64,000 nt of DNA from Acidobacteriota bacterium (GTDB lineage Bacteria; Acidobacteriota; UBA6911; RPQK01; JAJDTT01): the NCBI GenBank assembly GCA_965217775.1, contig CBDCJH010000002.1, positions 2,400,001 to 2,464,000 on the forward strand. Direction: 5' to 3'. The notes beneath the pieces are model-generated. The model searched no databases. It saw nothing but the letters and a program-made list of their open reading frames with translations, and was not told the origin of the DNA. Below are positions 18,176 through 27,625 of this stretch, one piece after another. The translations under genes and the position numbers were made by a program. Within the stretch, counting starts at the first letter, position 1; each line of letters starts with the position of its first letter.

Positions 18176-20548
18176 TCACTCCGACTCGGCCACCGCGTCG
18201 TGCAACCGCTCCAATTCGGCCGCGCAGACTTCCGTCCACTCCCCGCAGGGCGCCGAACGGATCAACGAACGCATCCAGGAGACGTCCTGGCCATACTCGT
18301 TGAGCCGGCGCCCGTAGCTCGCCCGGTTCTTGGTGCAGACCAGGGTGTAGGGACTGCCCTTTCGTTGGGTCACGTGGGACATGTCGAGCCGGTGGCCGTC
18401 AATGATCCGGTGCAGGTGCTTGCGCAGATCCTTCCGTAGCTTGAAACGCTCCGTTTTGGCGACTGGGTTCCTGCAGAAGGCCCGAAGCTTGGCGCAGTGC
18501 CGGCAATCGCAGTCGATCTCGGTCGAGATCGTCCAATCCCGAGGCACCTCGGGAGCTGTCGCGCTACGGCGCAGCAGGAAACCCACGGCATGGCGCCACA
18601 ACAGGGCGTAGGCGCCGGTCCCTGGGATGCCTTCCTGGCCGCGGAGTTGGTCCAGAGCCGCCGGAACCATCCGGTCCGGTGTGATGAGCTGCGGGTGATC
18701 AGCGATGGCGACAGCAGCCGTCTTGGCGTCTTCCGCCAATCCGAATCGCGAAGCCAGCCCGAAGAGGTCACGGATCGCTCCATGGTCGATGGATTTCCGC
18801 TCCCGTTCCCGATATTCCCACGTCTCCTCATCGTCCCACGCTTCCTCTGCGGCCCACGTTGTCCGGTCAGCCTCCACCGGCCGCTTCACCCGCTTCAAGA
18901 CGGCGGGCCAGTCGGCAAGAGCCTGCCTGGCCCCGCCCCGGAGGGCGCCGCTCCAAGCGGGACCCGCCGTCTCACCGACGCGCAGCAGCAGCAGCAGCGT
19001 GTCGCCGGTCCGGTATGGCAACTGAGCTTTGACGAATTCGACCAGGAACTTCCCGCCGGCGTCCGGACCGATCCCAACCAACGCCGCCAGCAGATCATCG
19101 TTTTCGCTGCCGTCATACCTGTGAACCACGACCTGCCGAAGGAAGTGGGCGGTGCGGGTTTCGTCTCCGATCGCAGCCAGCAGGCGAAGCATCCCGGAGC
19201 GGGCCTCTGCGTCGGAGACGTACCGTTCAGTGGGCCAGATTTCGGTCAACCGGCCCACCAGATCGCCGATGCTTTGGCCGGGAACCAAGTCCTCACGTTG
19301 GAATTGCTCGGCCACCCAAGCCACGCCGCGGTCGATGCCGCCACTACTGATGACGTCGAGCGTCTTCGGCCGTGGCCAGATCACGAAGGCAGCACGGCGA
19401 TAGAACTGCTCGATGGTCATGCCCGCGTTGCCCGTCGCTTCATGCACCCTCTGGTCGTCCGGTTCGGCGGCGTCGAGCGCTCCTTCCGGCAAAAGTTCTT
19501 GCCCCAGCAATGGGATCTTTCCAAAAGGCGGGCGGCCTCCGTCCCGGTCCATCCAGCCGTCGAGCGATCGCGTACGGTCGAGCAACTCGTCCATCTCCAG
19601 GGGATCGGAGTCCATCTCATCCCAGTCCTCTTCAACGTAGTAAAGAACGGGGATGCCTGCTTCCCTGACGTGTACGATCGCCAAGTACAATTCCCACTCG
19701 GCCAGATCTGCCGCCGCCTTCAGAACTCGCGCCACGGACGCGTCGGCATTCTTCAAGGCGTCGAAAGAGAGTCCGCTCTCGCTGTAGTCATGCTCCATCA
19801 GCCAGACGTACTTGTCGGGCGGGTGATCGCCGTCACGCCAGTCGATGAGAAAATCGGCGACACTCTCGACCCGATCCGAATAGTCGGGAGCGAGCCGGGG
19901 CGTTTCGGTGTCTCCGGGGCGAAGACAGACGTTGAAAACCAGCGACAGACGATGGCCGTGACGGATCGGCAGTGTTTCGTGGGAACAGTCGGCGTAGAAC
20001 GCAGCGAACGCCAGTTCGGAGGGCTCGTCCGCGTTCATGTCGAGAGTCATCTCTCGACCGCGATGGCGGACGATCAACTCGCCGCCGGCGCCGGCGGTCG
20101 GCAACGAAATCGAAAGTGTGGCTATCATGCCGTCGGCTTTCGCGGTGTCGCGGTGGGACGAAAAGAATCCTCCCGATGGGTAGACGAGCAATTTGTAGAG
20201 TTGCGCGTCCAACCGCTCGAGGGGGCAACCGAGACCGGTCGCGGTGGCGGCGAGAATCTTGGAAAACGTATCCGGCCACGCGCGGCCGCCCAGGCAAACC
20301 TGCGCCGCGTCGATCTGCCGGCAGTCGCGGACGGAGGTATCGACCAAGGTCTCCGTTCCCTTGCCGTAGGGAGCACGTTCGGCCACCTCCATCAATGCAC
20401 GAACCTGTGCGTCGGGAACCGGGAAAGAGAGCAACCCGACGCCGTCGACCTTCAGCACCGGCATTGGGATCAGCAGACGGCCATACGCGAAAAAGTCCCC
20501 CGGGCGGTCAATGGACTGCAGCAGCTTCTCGAGTGAGTTGTCGTCCAT
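18176..20548 (-). CDS. 2OG-Fe(II) oxygenase domain protein with long helical C-terminus
   Basis: YKLLVY..GGFF..HRD (HxD), distal H in SHE, RLSLVFN; C-terminal CDCRHC. Confidence 0.85.
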   Translation of the reverse strand: MDDNSLEKLLQSIDRPGDFFAYGRLLIPMPVLKVDGVGLLSFPVPDAQVRALMEVAERAPYGKGTETLVDTSVRDCRQIDAAQVCLGGRAWPDTFSKILAATATGLGCPLERLDAQLYKLLVYPSGGFFSSHRDTAKADGMIATLSISLPTAGAGGELIVRHRGREMTLDMNADEPSELAFAAFYADCSHETLPIRHGHRLSLVFNVCLRPGDTETPRLAPDYSDRVESVADFLIDWRDGDHPPDKYVWLMEHDYSESGLSFDALKNADASVARVLKAAADLAEWELYLAIVHVREAGIPVLYYVEEDWDEMDSDPLEMDELLDRTRSLDGWMDRDGGRPPFGKIPLLGQELLPEGALDAAEPDDQRVHEATGNAGMTIEQFYRRAAFVIWPRPKTLDVISSGGIDRGVAWVAEQFQREDLVPGQSIGDLVGRLTEIWPTERYVSDAEARSGMLRLLAAIGDETRTAHFLRQVVVHRYDGSENDDLLAALVGIGPDAGGKFLVEFVKAQLPYRTGDTLLLLLRVGETAGPAWSGALRGGARQALADWPAVLKRVKRPVEADRTTWAAEEAWDDEETWEYRERERKSIDHGAIRDLFGLASRFGLAEDAKTAAVAIADHPQLITPDRMVPAALDQLRGQEGIPGTGAYALLWRHAVGFLLRRSATAPEVPRDWTISTEIDCDCRHCAKLRAFCRNPVAKTERFKLRKDLRKHLHRIIDGHRLDMSHVTQRKGSPYTLVCTKNRASYGRRLNEYGQDVSWMRSLIRSAPCGEWTEVCAAELERLHDAVAESE

Positions 20549-20564
20549 GTTGTAATGCGAATTC

Positions 20565-20695
20565 CTAACCCAGCGTAAACGGAACAAAAATTCTGCGCCG
20601 GAGCGGTACCGGAGGCTTTCCAGCCGCCGAATATTCATTGGCCGCGCCTTGCTCTGCTTTGGAACGAAGAGGGCGCCCACAAGGGGCGCCCCTAC
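20565..20695 (-). repeat. GTAG-type REP-headed dispersed repeat
   Basis: GTAGGGGCGCCCCTTGTGGGCGCCCT on the minus strand (20670-20695); similarity to 55448-55570 continues beyond the palindrome. Confidence 0.8.
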
Positions 20696-20746
20696 TCTTT
20701 TTCCATTTGCGCAAGCCCGGCTCCCCGTCGTACACCTTGACGAAGG

Positions 20747-22189
20747 TTACGCCAACACACCCTTGACCACGTGGCCGTGGACGTCCGTGAGGCGGCGTTG
20801 AATGCCGTTGTGGTAGAAGGTGAGCTGCTTGTGGTCCAGCCCCAGCAGGTGAAGGATGGTGGCGTGGAAGTCGTAGATGGTGACCGGATTCTCGCCCACG
20901 TAGTAACCCACTTCGTCCGAAACGCCGTAGCTGAAGCCCTTCCGGACACCGGCGCCCGCCAGCCAACAACTGAACGCGTGCTGGTGATGGTCGCGGCCTT
21001 TGGCGCCCAGTCCCTCGGTGAACGGGGTTCGGCCGAATTCCGTCGACCACACCACGAGAGTGTCCTGTAGCATGCCCCGGTCCTTGAGATCCTTCAGGAG
21101 TCCGGCCAGGGGACGATCCATGGTCTGGGCCTGCTCGGTGTGGTTCTCCACGATGTCCTCGTGCCCGTCCCAGTTGATGCGGGGCCGGCCGAAGGCGCCC
21201 CCGCACCAGACCTGCACCACTCGGACACCCTTCTCCAACAGCCGGCGGGCCAGCAGGCAGTTCCGGCCGAAGGCGGCCGTCTTTTCCTGGTCCAGGCCGT
21301 AGAGCCGCCGCGTCTCGGACCGCTCCGTGTCCAGGTCCACGATCTCGGGAATGGTCATCTGCATGCGGGCCGCCAGCTCGTAGGACTGGATCCGCGCCTC
21401 CAGGGCGCTGTCGCCGGGATTGGTTTCCAGGTGTTCCCGGTTCATCCGAGCCAGCAGTTTCATCTCACTGGTCCGGCGCCGGGAGGAGATGGTGGGCGGG
21501 GTCGACAGGTACGGCAGGGGGTCGCCCGAATTCCGGAAGGCCACACCCTGGTGGGACGCCGGCAGGAAACCGGCCGTCCAGTTGATGGACCCTCCGGCCG
21601 GGAGGCCCCGGGGATCGGGAAGTACGATGAAACCGGGCAGGTCCCGGTTCTCGGAGCCCAGGCCGTAGGTGACCCAGGAACCCATGGAGGGGTATCCGTT
21701 GCGAGTGAATCCCGAATTCATCTGAAACGTGGCCGGAGTGTGATTGGAACTCTTGGCCTCCATGGACCGAATCACGCAGATGTCGTCGGCGCATTCCGCC
21801 AAATGGGGCAGCAGGTCGCTGACCCAGAGCCCGCTCCGGCCCCTTCTTCGGAACTCGAACGGACTCTTCATCAAGGTTCCGGGCCGTCCGAAGAAGGTGT
21901 CGACTTTTCCCTTCCCGGTCATGGTCTTCCCGTCCAGCCGGGCCAACTCGGGCTTGTAGTCGAAGGTGTCCACGTGACTGACGCCCCCCGCGGCGTAGAT
22001 GTGCAGGATCCGCTTCGCGGGACCCGGGAAATGAGGAGGGCGAGCTCCGAAGGGGGACCGGTCTACACTGCCGCGGACCTCGTCCTGGAGCAGGCAGGCC
22101 AGTGCAATCGCGCCCAGGCCGCCTCCCGAGTTCCATAGAAAGTGCCTCCTGGGCAGCAGGGGTGTCGCCGTCGGGTTGAATTTGTCCAT
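20747..22189 (-). CDS. DUF1501 domain protein
   Basis: RRHFL Tat-like leader, GGVSHVDTFDYKP, WDGH, EFGRTP, GRDH, YDFHATILHLLG. Confidence 0.9.
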   Translation of the reverse strand: MDKFNPTATPLLPRRHFLWNSGGGLGAIALACLLQDEVRGSVDRSPFGARPPHFPGPAKRILHIYAAGGVSHVDTFDYKPELARLDGKTMTGKGKVDTFFGRPGTLMKSPFEFRRRGRSGLWVSDLLPHLAECADDICVIRSMEAKSSNHTPATFQMNSGFTRNGYPSMGSWVTYGLGSENRDLPGFIVLPDPRGLPAGGSINWTAGFLPASHQGVAFRNSGDPLPYLSTPPTISSRRRTSEMKLLARMNREHLETNPGDSALEARIQSYELAARMQMTIPEIVDLDTERSETRRLYGLDQEKTAAFGRNCLLARRLLEKGVRVVQVWCGGAFGRPRINWDGHEDIVENHTEQAQTMDRPLAGLLKDLKDRGMLQDTLVVWSTEFGRTPFTEGLGAKGRDHHQHAFSCWLAGAGVRKGFSYGVSDEVGYYVGENPVTIYDFHATILHLLGLDHKQLTFYHNGIQRRLTDVHGHVVKGVLA

Positions 22190-22203
22190 GGAACTTTCCC
22201 GTT

Positions 22204-25200
22204 TCAGTTCAGGTAGAGAAACTCGCTCGAATTCAGCAGCGCCCAGCAGAAACTCTCCAGGCCCTGGTCGCCGGCGTGGGCCACGGCCCGGCCCGATTCC
22301 TGCGGGTTGGGGCCTCTTCCCAGGGCCAGGCGATAGGCCAGCTCGATCTGCCTCGCGCTGTCGCCGGGAAGCGCCCGGCGGAGCCGATCGGCAAGATGAT
22401 CCGCCTGGCGCAGGACGAAGGGACTGTTCATGAGCGCCAGGGCTTGGATGGGCGTCGTGGTATGGCTCCGGCGAGGCGCCTTGTCGGAGGCGTCCGGGCA
22501 ATCGAACGCTTCCAACATGGGGTCGTGCCCGGATCGGACCACGATCCGGTAGACGGTGCGTTTCCGCATCGGCGGCTCGGCGGAGTCGACCAGGTCGTAG
22601 AAGTGACTGTTGAAAAACTTCACCTCGAAGGGGCGGAATCCGGGTCCGCCGAACTCTCGATTCAGCCGGCCGCTGACGGCGAGCAGCGAGTCCCGGATCA
22701 CTTCGGCCTCCAGCCGCCGCGCGGAAAAACGCCAGAGCAGCCTGTTTTCCGCGTCGGCCTCCGCCGCGTCCGCCCGGAACCCCGACGACTGTCGGTAGGT
22801 GTTGGAGAGCATGATCTCCCGGTGCAACTGTTTCACGCTGCCCCCTTGCCGGAGGAAGGACTGTGCCAGCCAGTCCAGAAGCTCGGGGTGTGAGGCACGG
22901 CCGCCGTTGAATCCGAAATCATTGGGGGTCGAGACGATTCCCCGCCCGAAATGATAGTGCCAGACGCGGTTCACCAGGACCCGCGCCGTTAGGGGATGGT
23001 CCGGGTCGGTGATCCATTGCGCCAAGTGAAGCCGGCGCTGGCCCTCGCGCCCGTCGAGAGGCAACCCGAATTCCGGCTCCGGAGATGAGATGGCGAGGAG
23101 GCCTCCGGGAACGACCGGGTCGCCCGGCGTCGCCGGGTCCCCCCGCTCCATGACCACCGGCGGGGCAGCCCGATAAGTCCGGGCGGCGTAGACCAGGGGA
23201 ACCGGGGGAGCACCTTCCAGCAACCGTTCCTGACGAGCCACCTCCTCCAGCAGTTCATCTCTGGCGAGCCGCTCTTGAGAGCCGGCCTCGGCGTTCCACT
23301 CCTCGGGAGTCACTCGCTGGATGCCGGCCCGGAAGGAGGCGGCAATCTCCTCCGAGGTCAAGGGCCGATCGTAGAGCCGGGCTTCCTCCACCGTCCCCGT
23401 CCCGTCCCCGAAGGCGATCCTGGCCCGGTCTCGGGCATAGACTTGAAGCGCGGACTCCGGACCTTCCCCCTCGGGATCCTGGGCCGAATAGAGGAGCCCC
23501 TGACGATAGATTCGGATGCGGCCCTGGGAGTCATACGTGATGGCGAGATGAATCGGAATTCCGGTCTCGGACTCCTTGGGCACCTCAGGATCGACCGTGC
23601 GGTTCTTGAACTCGCTCAGGTTTCTCCAGGAGCGGGATTTGCTGTGGTAGTAGATGGCATCGAACCTCCCCCTGGCCAGCGGCGAATCGGTAGCCTCGAC
23701 CTTGAAGACCCAGAGTTCCTGGTGCCGTTCTGAGATCCGGACCCACGCCTCGAGGGTCCTTTCCGCCAGGTCGACGGTCAGAGTTTCGGATCGGCCCCGG
23801 GCGTCGCCCTTGAACCGGATGGCGCCCTCCTCGACTACGGCTCCCGATTCCAGAGACAAATGCCCGTCACCCAAGGAATCGGTCCCATCCAGGTCGAAGG
23901 TCCAACGAGCGATGGGCCCGGGGACCGGCTGCGGAGCGATCCCGCGCTTCCTCAGGACCCGCTCCCGGACCTCGTCCTGAAGCTGGGCCAGCCGCCGCTT
24001 CAGGCGACGGATTCCATCCCTGAGAGGCTCGGTTCGTTCCTTGTGGGCGGCCGTCTCCGCCGGCGTCAGCCAGGGCCGGTCTCCGGCACGGATTCCGTCC
24101 AGGCAGGCCTTCAGACGATAGTAATCCCGCTGGGAGATGGGGTCGAACTTGTGGTCATGGCATCGCGCACAGTTGACCGTCATACCGAGGAAGGTCTGGG
24201 CCACGGTCCCCACCATCTCTTCCATCTCCACGGCCCGGACCCGGGCTCGCATGACGTCGCTCTGCTGCGTGTGCCCCACCTCGTCCCAGGGAGCCGCGAC
24301 CAGGAAACCGGTGGCTGCGATCCCGTCCCGGGTCCGGGGCTGCAGAACGTCTCCTGCGAGCTGCTCCAGGACGAACCGGGCATAGGGCTTGTCCTGATTG
24401 AAGCTCCGAATCACATAGTCGCGGTAGGGCCAGGCATGATCCCGGATCTTGTCCCGTTCATAGCCCTGGCTCTCCCCGAAACGGGCCAGATCCAACCAAT
24501 GACGGCCCCAGCGCTCGCCGTAGTGAGGCGAGGCCAGCAGGCGGCTCACCAGATTCTCGTAGGCTCGGGGAGACGTGTCCGAGACGAACGCCTCGACCTC
24601 CCCGGGCGGGGGCGGCAATCCCAGCAGATCCAAGGTCGCCCGCCGGATCAACACCTCCCGGGACGCCGGCGGAGAAGGCTCCAACCCCCGCTCCTCCAGA
24701 GCCGCCAGGATGAAGGCGTCGATGGGTTTTCGAACCAACGGCGCCTGCTTCACCACGGGAACGGCCGGGCGGTGCACCGGTTTCAATGACCACCACAGCG
24801 GTTCGGGCAAATCCCCTCCGGCCTGGGATGCGTCCTGGTCTCCAGCCGGCCAGACGGCTCCCTGATCGATCCAGCGCCGGACCACGTCCACCTCGGCTTT
24901 CGACAAGGGATCGCTCGGGGGCATCTCGCCGGAGCGAACCTTTTCATAGAGGAGGCTTTGTCCGGACTCGCCCGGCTCCAACGCCGGTCCGGAACTCCCA
25001 CCCAACAGGACCCCCTCCCGGCTCGACAGATCCAGGCCGGCCATGGCGCCGACCCCGCGGTGGCAGACCTGACATTTCTGAAGGACTGAAGAGACTTCTC
25101 CGGCGGAAGTCTTCGGTGCGGATTCGCTCCGGAGAGGCGTTACCGCCAGGAGCAGCAGGTGAAGGCCTGCTATTACGGCCCGTGTGACCGTGCATTGGAT

Positions 25201-25290
25201 ACGACCCACGAACCTGCCGTTTCGGCATGGGAAACCGGGGTCGGAGCGGCGTGCTCCACAGGACGAAGCGGCAAGATCTGATTCAGGCAT
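22204..25290 (-). CDS. Planctomycete cytochrome c / DUF1549 / LamG / DUF1553 (PSD1) protein
   Basis: CQVCH; PHYGERWGRHWLD; CARCHDHKFDP; VNRVWHYHFGRG; QALALMN. Start uncertain. Confidence 0.9.
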   Translation of the reverse strand: MPESDLAASSCGARRSDPGFPCRNGRFVGRIQCTVTRAVIAGLHLLLLAVTPLRSESAPKTSAGEVSSVLQKCQVCHRGVGAMAGLDLSSREGVLLGGSSGPALEPGESGQSLLYEKVRSGEMPPSDPLSKAEVDVVRRWIDQGAVWPAGDQDASQAGGDLPEPLWWSLKPVHRPAVPVVKQAPLVRKPIDAFILAALEERGLEPSPPASREVLIRRATLDLLGLPPPPGEVEAFVSDTSPRAYENLVSRLLASPHYGERWGRHWLDLARFGESQGYERDKIRDHAWPYRDYVIRSFNQDKPYARFVLEQLAGDVLQPRTRDGIAATGFLVAAPWDEVGHTQQSDVMRARVRAVEMEEMVGTVAQTFLGMTVNCARCHDHKFDPISQRDYYRLKACLDGIRAGDRPWLTPAETAAHKERTEPLRDGIRRLKRRLAQLQDEVRERVLRKRGIAPQPVPGPIARWTFDLDGTDSLGDGHLSLESGAVVEEGAIRFKGDARGRSETLTVDLAERTLEAWVRISERHQELWVFKVEATDSPLARGRFDAIYYHSKSRSWRNLSEFKNRTVDPEVPKESETGIPIHLAITYDSQGRIRIYRQGLLYSAQDPEGEGPESALQVYARDRARIAFGDGTGTVEEARLYDRPLTSEEIAASFRAGIQRVTPEEWNAEAGSQERLARDELLEEVARQERLLEGAPPVPLVYAARTYRAAPPVVMERGDPATPGDPVVPGGLLAISSPEPEFGLPLDGREGQRRLHLAQWITDPDHPLTARVLVNRVWHYHFGRGIVSTPNDFGFNGGRASHPELLDWLAQSFLRQGGSVKQLHREIMLSNTYRQSSGFRADAAEADAENRLLWRFSARRLEAEVIRDSLLAVSGRLNREFGGPGFRPFEVKFFNSHFYDLVDSAEPPMRKRTVYRIVVRSGHDPMLEAFDCPDASDKAPRRSHTTTPIQALALMNSPFVLRQADHLADRLRRALPGDSARQIELAYRLALGRGPNPQESGRAVAHAGDQGLESFCWALLNSSEFLYLN

Positions 25291-25383
25291 AAGTCTATCC
25301 TGACTTTATCCGGCGTCCACAGGCAGTTCAACTGCCCGACAGGGGTGAGAGAAGAGATTTTGGGGTGATGGTACTATCTGCCG

Positions 25384-25920
25384 ATGCGCGCCAAGGGGTC
25401 GACACGGATGCTCCTTATGGTCCTTCCCGGCTTCGCCGTCCTGGGCCTCGCCCAAGTGGTGCCGCAGTACAAGGGCAAGAAGGAGAATCTCCCTCGGGTC
25501 GTGGCGCCCCAGCCGATCCCCTTCAGTCACAAGCTCCACTCCCGCCTCGGCCTGACCTGCGCAGGATGTCACGCCGGCGCGTCCAAGGGGGCGCGAGCGG
25601 GCTTTCCGGCGCCCGCCGTGTGCCTGACGTGCCACAACAGCGTCCGGAAGAACCACCCGGGAATCCAGGCGCTCAAGATCCTGCATGACAAGAAAAAGGA
25701 ATCCGAGTGGGTCCGAGTCTACCAGCTTCCCGACTTCGTTTTCTTCAGTCACGCCAACCACGTGAACGCCCAACTTCCCTGCCGGACCTGCCACGGTCCC
25801 ATCGAAACCCGTGAGGTTCTGGCCCAGGAGGTTTCCAGCAACATGGAGATGTGCATGAACTGCCATAAAGCCTCCTCCGTCTCCACCGATTGCCATCTCT
25901 GCCACGAATTGGGCGAGTAG
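25384..25920 (+). CDS. Pentaheme cytochrome c (c3/c7, ActA-like)
   Basis: Five CxxCH motifs (CAGCH, CLTCH, CRTCH, CMNCH, CHLCH); QPIPFSH; LPDFVFFSH. Confidence 0.9.
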   Translation: MRAKGSTRMLLMVLPGFAVLGLAQVVPQYKGKKENLPRVVAPQPIPFSHKLHSRLGLTCAGCHAGASKGARAGFPAPAVCLTCHNSVRKNHPGIQALKILHDKKKESEWVRVYQLPDFVFFSHANHVNAQLPCRTCHGPIETREVLAQEVSSNMEMCMNCHKASSVSTDCHLCHELGE

Positions 25921-25995
25921 GAGCGGCGGCTTTCTTGCCGCCGACTCTTGATCTGGCCGCGCCCTGTAGAAGGCGCCCACAAGGGGCGCCCCTAT
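25919..25995. repeat. Two REP-like palindromes between convergent genes
   Basis: AGGAGCGGCGGCTTTCTTGCCGCCGA and GGCGCCCACAAGGGGCGCCCCTA, one from each family seen elsewhere in the window. Confidence 0.7.
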
Positions 25996-25997
25996 GG

Positions 25998-26351
25998 TCA
26001 ATCCAGGTGGAGGTAGATATCGTCTCCCTCGACCGTGACATGGTAGGCCCTGATCCGCAGGCGGGAGTCGTAGAGGGCTCGGCCCGTCTTCAGGTCGAAC
26101 TCCCAGTTGTGCCAGGGGCACTTGAGGATCTCACCCTCCCGCTCCCAGGTGACGTGGTAGGGGCCGCTGGAGCGGACGTGGGGCCGGAGACGTCCCAGGC
26201 AGATGGGCCCCCCTTGGTGCGGGCAGACGTTCTTTACGGCATGGAATTTGCCGTTGACGTTGAAGACGCCGATCCCGCTTCGGCCGCCGAGTGGGACGAT
26301 CTTTCTGGAACCGGAAGGCAGATCCTGGACCTTGCCAACATGCCGACGCAT
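25998..26351 (-). CDS. Rieske (2Fe-2S) ferredoxin
   Basis: CPHQG and CPWH motifs. Confidence 0.9.
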   Translation of the reverse strand: MRRHVGKVQDLPSGSRKIVPLGGRSGIGVFNVNGKFHAVKNVCPHQGGPICLGRLRPHVRSSGPYHVTWEREGEILKCPWHNWEFDLKTGRALYDSRLRIRAYHVTVEGDDIYLHLD

Positions 26352-26363
26352 TCCGACTCCTCG

Positions 26364-27470
26364 TTATCTGCCCCCGTTGGACACCGCGTCCAGGCCGGAT
26401 AGCCGGTCACCGTAGAGCTCGCGGGCGTTGTCGTAGAAGACCCGCCGCCTAAGTTGCGGAGACACGCCTCGCAGCACCCGGTCCGGGTTGTCCCAATCCC
26501 AATGCGGATAGTCGCTGCCGAAGACCAGGATCTCGTCGGCGTGCAGCCAGCGGAGAAAGACCTTCAGGTCCTCCAGGCTGGGAGGCTGTTCCATCGGCTG
26601 GGACCCGAAACGGATGTTTCGGAGGATGTACTCGCTGGGCGGCCGTTTGACCCAGGGCGTGTACTCCCGAGTCGACTTCCAGTCCGCATCCATGTGCCAC
26701 ATGAGCCCCGGCACCCAGAACGTATCGTGCTCCACGAAGAGGAAACGAAGGTTGGGAAACTTCTCGAAGACCCCTTCGCAGATGAGACTCGACACATGGG
26801 CCATGGCGGTCTGGGGGCGAGCCATCCGCATCTCCAGGTAGTAGGAAGGATATCCGACTCCGGTGGGAGCGCCCGAAACTCCGGCCCCCTCGGCGCCGAA
26901 GTGGATGCATACGGGCAAGCCGTACTCCTGGGCCGCCTCGTACATGGGATGGTAGAAGCGATTTCCGAAGGGCATCCGCGCGCCGGCGGGAACGATGACC
27001 TGGACCATCCTGGGGTGCTTGCCCAAACGGTGGATCTCCTGGGCTGCCTGGAACGGGTCCGCCGCCGAAACCGATATGGAACCAAAAAAACGGCGGTCCG
27101 CCGCGACCCATGTCTCCAAAGTCCAATCGTTGAAGGCGCGGCACAGTGCGGCCGCGTAATCCACGTTCGGGTGGACCGACGCTCCGTAAACCGTCGATCC
27201 GGTCAGGACGGCCGCCACCACGCCATACTCGTCCAAGTGCCTCTTCCGAGCCATGTCGATGTTGTTGGCGGGATGAATGTCGCCGTCCCAGACATCGGCC
27301 CGGGCGCCGCCCTTCGGCATATTGGTGTAGCCGGTGGAGAATCCCCCGGGCATCATCAGGCCGAAGTCCTGGATGTGTTCCACATAGTCACGGGGAAGGT
27401 ACGGGAAGAGTTCTTCCGGTTCCGCGATCATGTGGTGGACGTCGCAATCGATGATGGGTTCTCGGGCCAT
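26364..27470 (-). CDS. Amidohydrolase family 2 protein
   Basis: IIDCDVHH; FEKFPNLR; FGSDYPHWD. Confidence 0.9.
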   Translation of the reverse strand: MAREPIIDCDVHHMIAEPEELFPYLPRDYVEHIQDFGLMMPGGFSTGYTNMPKGGARADVWDGDIHPANNIDMARKRHLDEYGVVAAVLTGSTVYGASVHPNVDYAAALCRAFNDWTLETWVAADRRFFGSISVSAADPFQAAQEIHRLGKHPRMVQVIVPAGARMPFGNRFYHPMYEAAQEYGLPVCIHFGAEGAGVSGAPTGVGYPSYYLEMRMARPQTAMAHVSSLICEGVFEKFPNLRFLFVEHDTFWVPGLMWHMDADWKSTREYTPWVKRPPSEYILRNIRFGSQPMEQPPSLEDLKVFLRWLHADEILVFGSDYPHWDWDNPDRVLRGVSPQLRRRVFYDNARELYGDRLSGLDAVSNGGR

Positions 27471-27503
27471 GGCCTTTCCCTCCCTCACTTGCGCCCCCGT
27501 GGA

Positions 27504-27623
27504 TCAGGCCCCGATCCGGACCAGGAACAGGGTGAACAGGATGATGGCGATGACGCACACCCAGGCCAGCAGAAAACCCACGACCGTTTGCTTCGAGGGC
27601 TTGCTGACTTCCAGATCCCACAT
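27504..27623 (-). CDS. Small membrane protein accessory to the symporter (39 aa)
   Basis: MWDLEVSKPSKQTVVGFLLAWVCVIAIILFTLFLVRIGA; starts 2 nt after the symporter stop. Confidence 0.55.
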   Translation of the reverse strand: MWDLEVSKPSKQTVVGFLLAWVCVIAIILFTLFLVRIGA

Positions 27624-27625
27624 GG

